Shown piece after piece: positions 19,721 to 29,693 of a stretch of DNA of 64,000 nucleotides. The notes beneath the pieces are model-generated. The model did not search any database. It saw only the letters and a program-made list of their open reading frames with translations, and was not told the origin of the DNA. The DNA lies in assembly GCA_963801665.1 (NCBI GenBank), contig CAWDFL010000003.1, positions 280,901-344,900 on the forward strand, read 5' to 3'. Numbering within the stretch: the stretch's first letter is position 1; every line of letters begins with the position of its first letter. Both the position numbers and the translations under genes were made by a program. This DNA comes from an uncultured delta proteobacterium (lineage in GTDB: Bacteria; Desulfobacterota; Binatia; Binatales; Binataceae).

Positions 19721-19836
19721 CCGGCGGTCGGAAACCCATGCAATAAGAGCAAGTTTGGGGCGTCTGGCCGGCCGGCTTCGCGATAGGAAATCTTGAGGCC
19801 ACCAATATCGGCGGCGCGGTAGTATATCCCCGGCAT
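19688..19836 (-). pseudogene. truncated 5' fragment of an alpha/beta hydrolase gene paralogous to 11376..12302
   Basis: Reverse-strand MPGIYYRAADIGGLKISYREAGRPDAPNLLLLHGFPTAGHMFRDLIPLL, then homology ends abruptly at ~19688. The 30-mer ggcgagaagtggaatcaaatcgcggaacat is identical at 12086-12115 and 19688-19717. Confidence 0.55.
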
Positions 19837-20290
19837 GACAAAACCTCTGGGTAGAGATCGCGTTAACCTAACTGAGGACATCAATCGGGCTACTCAAGCC
19901 CGCGCGCTTAGGGAATGGTTTCGCGCCTTTGTTCTCGCCCACAAGGGCCTTTCGTTAGGACCAGAGTCGCTACACGAACTTGGGCCTCTGAACAGGATAC
20001 TCGAGCGCGACGACGCGTACGGGGCGATAGCAGTCAGGTCAGTCGATGCGCCCGATCGGTTGGCGACGTTCTGGACTTGAATGGCGCACCCTGCGCCGCT
20101 GGCAAACGCCGGACTCTCTCATCCTGCCGATTGCGCACGCAATAGCGAGCCTGCTTACTTCCGAGGATCTTTCTCACGTGAAGGCATGCGAAAGGTCTCC
20201 GTGCACACTCTTCTTCCTGGATAGGACTCGCAGTCAAGCTCGCTTCGCCGCTTCGTCGCCAGATCACGACGTTCGCAGATACCGGACCAC
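19835..20290 (+). pseudogene. degenerate ABATE/zf-CGNR-like gene (frameshifted, zinc ribbon eroded)
   Basis: Frame 1 (19835..20080) and frame 2 (20046..) together give ...LILPIAHAIASLLTSEDLSHVKACERSPCTLFFLDRTRSQ..., resembling the C-terminus of CGNR zinc-finger proteins but lacking the final RRWCS...CGNR motif. Confidence 0.3.
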
Positions 20291-20295
20291 GAGGC

Positions 20296-20925
20296 GTGTT
20301 ACGTCATCCACAAACCGGCCTGCTTTCTCATGCGGTTCAAATTTTTGGCGTCTGTTTTGTGATCCTCGCGGTTCTTATGTTCGCCAGCAGCCGCTTCGGT
20401 AAATTTCGCGCGCGCGACCGACTGCTCGAACGCCTGAAGCTCCGCGGAGACGAAACCGTGGTCGATGTCGGGTGTGGTCACGGGCTCCTGCTCATCGCCG
20501 CCGCCAAGATGCTGCCGCAAGGCCGCGCGGTCGGCATCGATCTCTGGTCGATGGATCAATCCGACAATTCGCGTGAAGCCACGCTCAGGAATGCCGCGCT
20601 CGAGGGAGTTGCCCAGCGAGTCAGCGTTTATGACGGAGACATGCGCAAAATGCCCTTCGCCGACCGCAGTTTCGACGCCACCGTCGCCCACTTCGCCATT
20701 CACAACGTTCGCCGCCGCGAAGGGCGCCGTGAAGCCATCCGTGAAATCGTGCGCACCCTCAATCAGGGCGGCCAGGTCGCGATTTCCGACATATTCAGCA
20801 TCGACCTCTACGCCGACGAGTTGCGCAAGTCGGACATGATCGATGTGGAAATATCCGGCCTCAGTTTCTGGACGTTTCCTCCCGCCCGCACCGTGACCGC
20901 AAGGAAGCATTCGCAATCGGTCTGA
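20296..20925 (+). CDS. class I SAM-dependent methyltransferase with N-terminal TM helix
   Basis: VVDVGCGHGLLLIAAA motif I; 209 aa. Confidence 0.75.
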   Translation: MLRHPQTGLLSHAVQIFGVCFVILAVLMFASSRFGKFRARDRLLERLKLRGDETVVDVGCGHGLLLIAAAKMLPQGRAVGIDLWSMDQSDNSREATLRNAALEGVAQRVSVYDGDMRKMPFADRSFDATVAHFAIHNVRRREGRREAIREIVRTLNQGGQVAISDIFSIDLYADELRKSDMIDVEISGLSFWTFPPARTVTARKHSQSV

Positions 20926-20982
20926 TGGAAATGACCCTCTCGAAAGGGCGAGTTATGCTGTTACGCGATTAGGAGAAAGAAG

Positions 20983-21486
20983 ATGGATCAAGTCGGCACG
21001 CTTGAACGGGTATTCAGCTACAAGGCAAAGGCCAACAACGAGATCCTCGCGGCAATGCGACAATTTGACGGTTCTTCTCCTGCAAAAGCGATCGCCGTCA
21101 GAGTCCTCAACCACACTTATGCTGTCGACCGGATCTTCGCTGCGAACTTGCGCCGAGCCGAGCACGGATACACCTCGCCCAATCCCGGCCAGGCGCCATC
21201 GCTGGAAGAATTATCCGAGGCGATCAAGACCAGCGATCAGTGGTACATCGACTATGTATCTCGTCTGGATGAAGCGCAGTTGGCCGAGCGCATCGACTTT
21301 ACGTTTACCGATGGCTTGCCGGGCCGCATGTCACGCGAAGAAATGCTGATGCATGTGACGGTTCATGGCGAATATCACCGCGGGCAAATCAGTTTGATAA
21401 TGATGCAAAACTCGATCACGCCGCCAGGCGATGGCTTCACGAGCTTTTTGCATAAGACAGAAGCCTCAACCCGGCGCCTGGCCTGA
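20983..21486 (+). CDS. DinB/YfiT-like (DinB_2) metal-dependent hydrolase family protein
   Basis: 167 aa with the conserved His triad context (LNHTYAVDR...HVTVHGEYHRGQI). Confidence 0.75.
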   Translation: MDQVGTLERVFSYKAKANNEILAAMRQFDGSSPAKAIAVRVLNHTYAVDRIFAANLRRAEHGYTSPNPGQAPSLEELSEAIKTSDQWYIDYVSRLDEAQLAERIDFTFTDGLPGRMSREEMLMHVTVHGEYHRGQISLIMMQNSITPPGDGFTSFLHKTEASTRRLA

Positions 21487-21607
21487 TGCGATGACATGAA
21501 CTTTGAAGTGAGATGGCTGATGTCGATGGTCAGCAGCAGGAGGTGTCGATGGGCGAAGTGTCGAACGCGAATGCGCCAGCGAATCTTGCGCTCAATCAGC
21601 TAAGACC

Positions 21608-22515
21608 TCATCCGGCGAATCGGGGCTCGGGCTTTCCTTTTACGCCGAGTCCCTTGATTGCGAATAGCGCGCCACCATCGGGGCCCGGATCCATGTTAAG
21701 CGTCTTCGTTCCGATCGATGTCGTGTAAAGCACGTCGAGGTTTTCACCGCCGAACATTGCGCTGGTGATGATCGGGACTGGAACCTCAACCGTGCGCGCG
21801 ATAGTGCTGTCCGGATTGAAGCACACGAACTTGCCGCCGCCGGCGATAGCCGACCAGAGATGGCCTTCCGCGTCGACGGTTGCACCGTCGGGCACGCCAC
21901 CCATCCCCTTCACTTTCACGAACTCGCGTTTGTTTGAGACCGTCCCGGTGGCGAGATCATAGTCGTAGGCGTAGATGGTTCGCGTCACGCTGTCCGATAG
22001 ATAGAAAGTTCGATTGTCGGGCTGAAGCACGGCCCGTTGGTTTTCAGAGCGCCATCGATGCTGAAAACGGATCCGGCCGGTTCGGCGAATTTCGTGTCCA
22101 GTGTGCCGGCGACGAATCTTCCGTGCGCATCGGTCTTGCCGTCATTGAAGGTGGTTCCCGGCTTGGCGACGATTCCGTTCGGCACCGGGGTCGTGTTGCC
22201 TGAATCAAAATCGAGGAAATAGAAGCCGTCGCTCAGCGCGCAGATGGCACCGCCTTTTTCACGGATCGCGAAGGAGCCGATCTGCTTCGGCATCGTCCAG
22301 CTCTTTACGTTGTTCGTTTTCGGATCGAGCCGGTAAATCGCCGGCGCATTGCCGTCGATCCAGTAGAGCGCCTGTTCAGCAACGTCCCATACCGGACCTT
22401 CGCCGAGCTTATTCTTTACGCCCGGGATTTTCTCGATCGAGATTGCCATGATTGAACCTCTAGAAGCTGACGCGGTCCGCGCCGATTCTAGAATTTGCCG
22501 TACGAACCTGTCCAA
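21608..22515 (-). pseudogene. SMP-30/gluconolactonase/LRE-family protein, interrupted by -1 frameshift near 22018
   Basis: N-terminal half (ORF 21985..22515: GEGPVWD...LYWIDGNAPAIYRLDP) and C-terminal half (ORF 21608..22030: DNRTFYLSDSVTRTIYAYDYD...PDGATVDAEGHLWSA) are in different frames. The junction ...LKTNGP / (LAF)SPDNRTFYL sits at plus-strand cgattgtcgg (one G short). Confidence 0.7.
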
Positions 22516-22592
22516 CCGATCGCGGAGGTATCTCCGATGGACAGTTTAATCCGAGCGCGCTTAGAATCCCGAGCCAGCAGGAGGATCAAGTC

Positions 22593-23108
22593 ATGGCGAC
22601 GACCCTCGAAGATCGGATCAGCAATCTTGAAGCGAAGGTATCGGAACTATACGACCGTGAGGCGATCCGTGATCTGCGCATGCGCTACCACGAATGCATC
22701 AACGACGGGAAAGTGGCCGAGATTCCAGATCTGTTCAGCGAAGACGGAGAGCTTGAGTTTGGCCATCTCGGCAACGCAAAGGGACGCGACAAGATCAGGG
22801 AGTTCTTCTCGGGGCTCGGCAGCAGGCCTTCCGAGATCGGGCAGCCGCGCCGCGGTCTCTATCGCGTGCGGCAGTTCATTCACAATCACGTGATCCATAT
22901 CCATGGCGATCGCGCCGACGGGTTCGCCTATCTCGAAGCCAAGCCCGTGTATAACGGCGAGAGCTACGTGGTCGCCGCGCGCTACAACGACGAATACGTG
23001 AAGCGCGACGGTCAGTGGAAATTCAGCAAGATGAGTCTGACGCCGTACTTCATGGTGCCGATCAAAGACGGATGGGCGGGCGATGACCTGCTGAAGATGG
23101 GGCATTAG
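22593..23108 (+). CDS. SnoaL-like/NTF2-fold domain protein
   Basis: 171 aa; SnoaL-like polyketide-cyclase-type fold suggested by LYDREAIRDLRMRYHECINDGK... Confidence 0.65.
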   Translation: MATTLEDRISNLEAKVSELYDREAIRDLRMRYHECINDGKVAEIPDLFSEDGELEFGHLGNAKGRDKIREFFSGLGSRPSEIGQPRRGLYRVRQFIHNHVIHIHGDRADGFAYLEAKPVYNGESYVVAARYNDEYVKRDGQWKFSKMSLTPYFMVPIKDGWAGDDLLKMGH

Positions 23109-23168
23109 GCGCCCGATAACGGCTCGCCGGGAGCCGGCTCTGTCACCCTAAAGCCGATCTTCGCTAGA

Positions 23169-25070
23169 GTGGTTTTGCAACATCGAGGAACTCAAATGAA
23201 CGCGGCAATCCGTATCGACCCCGAGACAGGCTTGAAAATCTTCAACACGCGCGCGGCCAAGGCTTCCGAAAAGATCGCCGGCAAAGGCTACTCCGTCCTT
23301 GCCGATCAGAAGCTTAAGGAGTTGCCGGAATTGCCGCCCGGCGCGACCTTCGATGCGGAAGAGCAGGCCAAGTACCGCGAATTCAAGGAGGCTCGCCGCG
23401 GCGCCGCCGACTACATGGCGATGGAGGGCGAGTTCAAGAAGTATCTGGACGACGTATATTCGGAGCCGCCGATTCCGCGCGAAGCGTTGACCGACGAATG
23501 CGAGATACTGGTGGTCGGCGCCGGTTTCGGCGGTCTGCTGCTATGGCACAAGCTGCGAGACGCGGGCTTCACCGATGTGCGCTTCTGCGAGAAGGGTGGC
23601 GATGTCGGCGGAACCTGGTACTGGAACCGCTATCCCGGAATCGCGTGCGACGTTGAATCCTATAGCTATCTCCCGCTGCTCGAGGAGATGGGCTATGTCC
23701 CGTCGATGAAGTTCGCGTCGGGTTTCGAGATCCTGGAATATTGCCAGAACATGGCGCAGAAGTTCGGCTTCTACGATCACTGTCTGTTCCATACGACGGT
23801 CGCGGGAACTACCTGGGACGAAGAATCGGGCCGCTGGATCGTCGAGACCGATCGCGGCGACAAGATGCGTGCGCGCTTCGTGATCCTTGCCAACGGCATC
23901 CTCACAACGCCGAAGCTCGCGCGCATCGCAGGGATGGAGAAGTTCAAAGGCGCGTCCTTTCACACCTCGCGCTGGGACTACAATATCGACCTTCGCGGCA
24001 AGACCGTCGGCATCATCGGCACCGGCGCTACCGCGGTGCAAGCGGTGCCGGAGCTCGCGAAGATCGTCGGGCAGCTCTACGTGTTCCAGCGCACGCCGTC
24101 CTCGGTCGACGTGCGTGACCAGCGCGCTACGACCGATGAAGAACGGGCGAGCTGGGCCAGAGAGCCCGGATGGGCCCGTGCGAGGCGCGCGCGCTTTTCG
24201 AAAATATCGCAGGGCCGCACGGCGATTCAGGCGAACGACGACTACCTGGCGGGCAAGATCAAAGACATCAGGCCGCTAAAGAAACACGAGCACGAGATCT
24301 CGCCGGAGGAGCTGCTCCGGAAGCAGCTCGATTCCAACTTCCGCATCATGGAGCAGATTCGCGCTCGCGTGGATGGGTTAGTCAAGGATCCGAAGACCGC
24401 GGCAGCATTGAAGCCATACTACCCGTATGGCTGTAAGCGGCCGACCTTCCACGATGAGTATCTGCAGACGTTCAACCTGCCGCACGTCCATCTGGTTGAT
24501 ACCGCGCCGCGTGGTGTGAGCGAGATAAATGAACGCGGCATCGTCCACGAGGGCGTCGAATATCCACTCGACGTGCTGATCTATGCGACCGGGTTCCAGT
24601 GGATGGGCACTTCGACCTTCAATATGGTAACCGGCCGCGACGGACGCACTCTGAAGGATAAGTGGGAAACGGAAGGGACCAGAACTTTCCTGGGCCTGCA
24701 TAGCCACGGCTTCCCCAACTTGTTCATCGTTACCGGCCCGCAGGGTGGCGGCGGCAGCTTCAACTTTACTGACGCGATCGATGCGCACGGTGACTATGTC
24801 GTGTGGATGTTGCGCACCATGCGCGAACGCGGCGCGCTAATCGTCGATGTCAAAAGGGAACCGGAAGAGCGTTACGTGGAGCATTGCCGCGATGTCGATA
24901 TCGCGACGGCGCCGCTTCGCGATTGCATCTCCTATTACAACGGTGAAGGCAACGCGAAGCCGGGGAGCCTCGCATATTACGGCGGCGGCCGATGGCACAA
25001 GTTCCGAGTCGAAGCACAATCGACGCTGGAACCCTACATCTTCGAAGGCGAAGAACGGTCCGGCAAATGA
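23169..25070 (+). CDS. Baeyer-Villiger (type I flavin-containing) monooxygenase
   Basis: FAD GxGxxG (VVGAGFGGLL), BVMO fingerprint FxGxxxHxxxW (FKGASFHTSRWD), second Rossmann fold (VGIIGTGATAVQ); 633 aa with ~100-aa N-terminal extension. Confidence 0.85.
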   Translation: MVLQHRGTQMNAAIRIDPETGLKIFNTRAAKASEKIAGKGYSVLADQKLKELPELPPGATFDAEEQAKYREFKEARRGAADYMAMEGEFKKYLDDVYSEPPIPREALTDECEILVVGAGFGGLLLWHKLRDAGFTDVRFCEKGGDVGGTWYWNRYPGIACDVESYSYLPLLEEMGYVPSMKFASGFEILEYCQNMAQKFGFYDHCLFHTTVAGTTWDEESGRWIVETDRGDKMRARFVILANGILTTPKLARIAGMEKFKGASFHTSRWDYNIDLRGKTVGIIGTGATAVQAVPELAKIVGQLYVFQRTPSSVDVRDQRATTDEERASWAREPGWARARRARFSKISQGRTAIQANDDYLAGKIKDIRPLKKHEHEISPEELLRKQLDSNFRIMEQIRARVDGLVKDPKTAAALKPYYPYGCKRPTFHDEYLQTFNLPHVHLVDTAPRGVSEINERGIVHEGVEYPLDVLIYATGFQWMGTSTFNMVTGRDGRTLKDKWETEGTRTFLGLHSHGFPNLFIVTGPQGGGGSFNFTDAIDAHGDYVVWMLRTMRERGALIVDVKREPEERYVEHCRDVDIATAPLRDCISYYNGEGNAKPGSLAYYGGGRWHKFRVEAQSTLEPYIFEGEERSGK

Positions 25071-25145
25071 GACCGCGCGCAGCAGGGTAGGTTCCGCACG
25101 TTCCTGCGGATCCGAGCGCAGACGTTTGCTGCGCACATTCGAGTC

Positions 25146-25868
25146 TTGTCTCCGGCCTTCCCGCGCCTGAGCGTGATGCGGATCGGTTTAGCAATGAAGC
25201 CAATCAAGAAAGATCGGTACGACGGCCTTGCGGATTGGTATGACGGGTGGAACAAGCCGCTCGCTGAGGCTAACGAAGCCGACTTGGTGCGGCTCCTGGG
25301 CGCGGGCGAGGGGCTGTGTCTGGACGTGGGATGCGGCACGGGTTTGTATTTCCAAGCCGTGAGCGGCACCGGCCGGATGCCGATCGGCGTGGATCGCTCG
25401 GCGGACCAACTGCGCTACGCACGGACTCGTGGCCAGTGCGCGCAGGCGGACGCCGCCGCGCTGCCATTCGCGGATGCTTGTTTTCCAACCGTGCTGATGG
25501 TGTGGCTATCCACGGATGTGAGTGATTTCACCTCGGTGGTGCGCGAAGCTGCGCGGGTGCTTCGGCCGGGCGGCCTGATGGTGTTCCGCGGTGCGCACCC
25601 ATGCTTCATGGGACCGCACATCGAGTATCGCGAGGACGGTGGCCGAATAATTCACCCGACTTATCGGTTATCCGGTTGGCATAAGGAACAGTCCTGGTGG
25701 AGGGGTCGTCACGGTCCACGTACTCGGGTCGGAATGTCGCATGTCCCCCTGGCGGACTTCCTGCGCGCCTTTCTCAATGCCGGCCTCGTGATCGACACCG
25801 TCGAGGAGCCTGAACCACAGCTTCCCGTGCCGGTCAGCCTGACACTGCGGCTGCTGCGACGTGAGTAA
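25146..25868 (+). CDS. SAM-dependent methyltransferase (Methyltransf_11-like)
   Basis: LDVGCGTGLYFQ motif I; the likely start is the internal Met MKPIKKD (~25194). Confidence 0.75.
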   Translation: MSPAFPRLSVMRIGLAMKPIKKDRYDGLADWYDGWNKPLAEANEADLVRLLGAGEGLCLDVGCGTGLYFQAVSGTGRMPIGVDRSADQLRYARTRGQCAQADAAALPFADACFPTVLMVWLSTDVSDFTSVVREAARVLRPGGLMVFRGAHPCFMGPHIEYREDGGRIIHPTYRLSGWHKEQSWWRGRHGPRTRVGMSHVPLADFLRAFLNAGLVIDTVEEPEPQLPVPVSLTLRLLRRE

Positions 25869-25874
25869 TACGCG

Positions 25875-26768
25875 GTGGATGTCATCGAGCACAGATCAGA
25901 ACTCGGACACTGGCGGGTGACACAGCGGCGCGCCGACGCGCGCCTTCACACGTACGTTCATGGCTATCTCGCCGTTGAAGGCTATCGGCTTGAGGCAGTT
26001 CGGGAACGCCACCTGCCCTCGACAGAGGTCGCCCTTCTCATAAATTTCGGGGCGCCGCACAGAACACTCACGCCGGAAACGAAACGGTGGACCACCTTTG
26101 ACGACGCGTGGGTGGTCGGGCTTCACAATACTTACCACCTCACGGAAGCCGTCGGCGTTCGGCGGTTCATGGTTGTTCGGTTTAGCCCTATAGGCGCTCA
26201 CCTCTTTCTGCGCGTGCCAATGGATCTAATCGAGAATCAAACGGTGGAATTGGCGCAGTTCGATCCTAAGCTCGCCAGACTGCTGCGAACTCGGCTCGCC
26301 GCCGCGCCGAAATGGGAGACTCGGTTTGACGCGATCGAGTCTTTGATTGCTGAACGCGTGATATCGATGGCGTCAGAGGCAGAAGTGGTATTGGCAGCAT
26401 GGGGGAGGCTGCGTGACGCTCATGGTCGCATCGGACTTGGCTTGCTTGCCTCTGAGCTCCAGTATAGCCATCGTCGTCTGATCACGCAGTTTCGCGCCAG
26501 CGTTGGGCCGTTACCGAAGACGATCGCCAGGCTGCTCCGCTTCAATCGTGCGGTGCAACTTGTGAACCGACTCGGTCGGGACGTGACTATCGAGCCGGCT
26601 CAGCCGGCCATACATCGAGGTAGCGAAAACGTCCGGCTCGGATGGCGCACGGATTCGGTGGGCAGAAGTAGCGGCCGACTGCGGTTACTTTGATCAATCC
26701 CACTTCATCAAGGAATTCCAACGGTTCTCGGGACTCAGCCCGGTCGAGTTTCTCCGTCAAGAGCGATA
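25875..26768 (+). pseudogene. AraC family transcriptional regulator with frameshift near its 3' end (~26600-26660)
   Basis: ORF 25875..26693 carries ...ARLLRFNRAVQLV... (first AraC helix). The second HTH (RWAEVAADCGYFDQSHFIKEFQRFSGLSPVEFLRQER*) is in another frame, ending ~26768. Confidence 0.6.
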
Positions 26769-26778
26769 GTTTCCTCGT

Positions 26779-27738
26779 TTGAACGTCGCACGCGTCAAGC
26801 AAAATTTTACAATACGATCTGTCGCGCCAGAGCTATTGGTTCACCATCGGACAGTCATGAAGTTCGGACTCGCGGCCATGGTGAAAGATTCGACGAGATC
26901 AAGCAGAACGGCGGAGGGAGCGGCGCTTATGCGGGCCGCTCATCAGGTTCTGGATGACAATCCGCTTATACTCGACGACCCGGTTTCCATCGGCCTCGTC
27001 GAGGGCTCCGGTCGCGAGGAACTTCTAGCGCGTGCCGACGAACTCGGAAGCGCCGGGCTGAAGGCGGCACGGTCGTTCTCGGTCATGCGAAGCCGCTTCG
27101 CCGAGGATTGTTTGCGAGAGGCGTTTGCCAACGGCGTCAGGCAGTTCGTCATGCTCGGAGCCGGATTCGACACCTTCGCTTACCGACAGCCCGAATGGGC
27201 GAAGGGACTGACAATTTTCGAGGTTGATCATCCTGCGACGCAAGCGGTGAAACATGAGCGCCTTGATACTCGCGCGATCCCGCGTCCGTTAAATCTGGTC
27301 TTTGTGCCCTGTGACTTCGAACAGGAGGCGTTGCCGGAAGTCCTATCGGCAGGGTCGCTGGATACCCGCACGCGAGCATTTTTCTCGTGGTTGGGCGTGA
27401 CACCCTATCTCAGCGTAGAGGCTATCGAGCTCACCTTGCGTTTCGTCGCGGCTCTTCCTCGCGGGTCTTCAATCGCGTTCACCTTCAACCTGCCGGAGTC
27501 GCTACTTGGCGGGTCCGCCCGCGAGCACCGGAAAATGAGCGTCAAATGGGCGGAGACGTTAGGAGAGCGGCATCTGACAATGCTGCCTCCTCAAGAATGG
27601 ATGGAGTTACTCAAACGAGCAGGTTTCACGTCGGTGTTTCATCTGACTCCTGAGATCGCCCAAGCGCGCTACTTCGCCGGGCGTCACGATGGCCTTGCGG
27701 CCGTGGAACATTCGCAGATGATGCTGGCGACGGTGTGA
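26779..27738 (+). CDS. class I SAM-dependent methyltransferase (leucine carboxyl methyltransferase/Omt-like family)
   Basis: VMLGAGFDTFAYR and EVDHPATQAVK motifs typical of the LCM/TIGR00027 family; the likely start is MKFGLAAMV (~26857). Confidence 0.75.
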   Translation: MNVARVKQNFTIRSVAPELLVHHRTVMKFGLAAMVKDSTRSSRTAEGAALMRAAHQVLDDNPLILDDPVSIGLVEGSGREELLARADELGSAGLKAARSFSVMRSRFAEDCLREAFANGVRQFVMLGAGFDTFAYRQPEWAKGLTIFEVDHPATQAVKHERLDTRAIPRPLNLVFVPCDFEQEALPEVLSAGSLDTRTRAFFSWLGVTPYLSVEAIELTLRFVAALPRGSSIAFTFNLPESLLGGSAREHRKMSVKWAETLGERHLTMLPPQEWMELLKRAGFTSVFHLTPEIAQARYFAGRHDGLAAVEHSQMMLATV

Positions 27739-27842
27739 GCACGGCAAGCGTTTCTGCTCGGGCCATGGCATGAATCGCCGATAGTGGACACGGTGGTCTT
27801 GCTTGGTAGCGCAGGCGGTGTGCGTATGCCGCCGCGCGGCGC

Positions 27843-28343
27843 TTATTTCACGGCGCCGTTCAACCAGGCTTGGAATGTACGTCTGCGCTCCTTGTCGAAT
27901 GACTCGCTGGCGGCTGTCGTGATGATATCTGCGACAGAAATCGAAGCGAGGGCTTTGCGCCATTGCGTCTCCGCATCCAGAAACGCCTTCGTAATCGCAC
28001 AGCGCTGCTTGCATGCTGAGGGTGTTGCCGCGCACGGGCCGCGCTGACGAATTTCGGTACACCGAAATGCCGGCTCCGACCCTTCGATCGCCAAAGTAAT
28101 GTCCAGCAGAGTGATCTTGGCGGCCGGTTTGGCCAGACGGTAGCCGCCGCTCACCCCGCGGTTGGCCGTTACAATTCCCGCGCGCGATAGCGCCTGCAGG
28201 TGCTTGGCCAAATAGGCCGGCGGCAGCTCGTGAAACTCAGCGAGGCGGCCAGCCGGCAGTCCGAATCCAGCCGGTACTACGCCGAGCACGCCGCAGAGGT
28301 GGACCGCCCATTCGACGCCTTCTGCGATTCTCATTGCGGACAA
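27843..28343 (-). CDS. Rrf2 family transcriptional regulator
   Basis: MRIAEGVEWAVHLCGVLG... winged helix, LAKHLQALSRAGIVTANRGVSGGYRL, three-Cys cluster (CTEIRQRGPCAATPSAC). Confidence 0.8.
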   Translation of the reverse strand: MSAMRIAEGVEWAVHLCGVLGVVPAGFGLPAGRLAEFHELPPAYLAKHLQALSRAGIVTANRGVSGGYRLAKPAAKITLLDITLAIEGSEPAFRCTEIRQRGPCAATPSACKQRCAITKAFLDAETQWRKALASISVADIITTAASESFDKERRRTFQAWLNGAVK

Positions 28344-28381
28344 TTATCATCCATGTTAATTAGGATGCAAAATATCCGAAT

Positions 28382-29680
28382 TTGAGAAGGATCGATCGCA
28401 TGCGAGACTTCGATGTCGTCGTGGTTGGAGGCGGCCTTGCAGGGCTGTGCGCCGCGTCATTTGCAACGAGCGCCGGGGCCCGAGTCGCGCTCTATGAGTC
28501 TTCACCGGATCTCGGAGGACGCGCGCGGACCCGCGTAAAGGAAGGATTTTGTTTCAATTACGGTCCGCACGCCCTGTATCGCGGCGGGGCATTAGACACT
28601 GCCCTTCGCGACCAAGGCGTGGTTCCAAGGGCCAAGGTGCCCAAACTGACGGCCGGCTATTTTGTTCGGGATCGAACACTCCACCTGGCCCCGTTCGGCG
28701 GATCAGGGTTGGCGGAGACGACCTTGTATCCGTCGGCGGTGAAGTCAGAGGTCGTCGCCGCACTTGCCCGGTTCGGCAAGTCGACGCCGGAGATAGGCCA
28801 AGGCGTGAATGTCCGCCAAGCCGTGGAAGAGTTTTCGCAGTCGCCGCACGTCCGAGAGTTGATCTCCGCCATGCTGCGCCTGACGAGTTATATTCACGAT
28901 CCGGATGCCGCCGACGGTGCGACGCTTTTCGCACAGCTTCATCTAGCCTTGTCGAACAACGTCGTTTACGTGGACGATGGATGGACCCAATTGGTCGCGG
29001 CACTGGCGGCCCGAGCCGATGCCAATGGATGTCTGATCGCCGTCGGCCAGCGTGTGACAGCGATTAAGCCGGGGCAAATGTGGCGCGTCGAGACCAGTAC
29101 TGGGAACTCAGTTTCCGCGCCAGCCGCCGTGATTGCTCTGCCGCCGCCAGATGCTTTAGAACTGTTCCCTTCCGTAGAGTCGTTGCGGGTCGCAGCCGAC
29201 CGATCGGTTGCGGTCTATGCCGCATGCCTGGACCTTGGACTATCGCAATTGCCCGATCCGCGGCACAATTTTGCTCTCGGCCTCGATGAACCACTGTATC
29301 TATCTGTTCACAGTCAAGCTGCCCGGTTGGCTCCTGAGGGCGGTGCGCTAGTGCATATTCTACGATACCTGCAGCCGGACCAGCCGGTCGACAAAAAATT
29401 GCTACTTAAGGAACTCGAGGCCTTCGCTGATTTGGTCCAGCCGGGTTGGCGCTCATATGTTCGGGCCAGTCAATTCTTCTGGAAGATGCCGGTTATGTAT
29501 TCGGAACCGCTGGCCCGATATCGGGGTCTTGCCGGGCGGCCCGGGGTAGCGGTGCCAGGGATTTCGGGCCTTTACATTGCTGGAGATTGGGTAGGCTCGC
29601 ACTCGTTGCTCTCTGATGCTGCGGCCGCAAGTGGCCGGCTTGCGGGCGAGCTCGCGGCAGCATTCGCGCGAAAGAATTGA
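28382..29680 (+). CDS. NAD(P)/FAD-dependent oxidoreductase (amine oxidase/phytoene desaturase-like)
   Basis: DVVVVGGGLAGLCAA Rossmann motif; C-terminal GLYIAGDW; 432 aa (start probably MRDFDVV at ~28400). Confidence 0.8.
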   Translation: MRRIDRMRDFDVVVVGGGLAGLCAASFATSAGARVALYESSPDLGGRARTRVKEGFCFNYGPHALYRGGALDTALRDQGVVPRAKVPKLTAGYFVRDRTLHLAPFGGSGLAETTLYPSAVKSEVVAALARFGKSTPEIGQGVNVRQAVEEFSQSPHVRELISAMLRLTSYIHDPDAADGATLFAQLHLALSNNVVYVDDGWTQLVAALAARADANGCLIAVGQRVTAIKPGQMWRVETSTGNSVSAPAAVIALPPPDALELFPSVESLRVAADRSVAVYAACLDLGLSQLPDPRHNFALGLDEPLYLSVHSQAARLAPEGGALVHILRYLQPDQPVDKKLLLKELEAFADLVQPGWRSYVRASQFFWKMPVMYSEPLARYRGLAGRPGVAVPGISGLYIAGDWVGSHSLLSDAAAASGRLAGELAAAFARKN

Positions 29681-29693
29681 TCATCGTCGGCAG

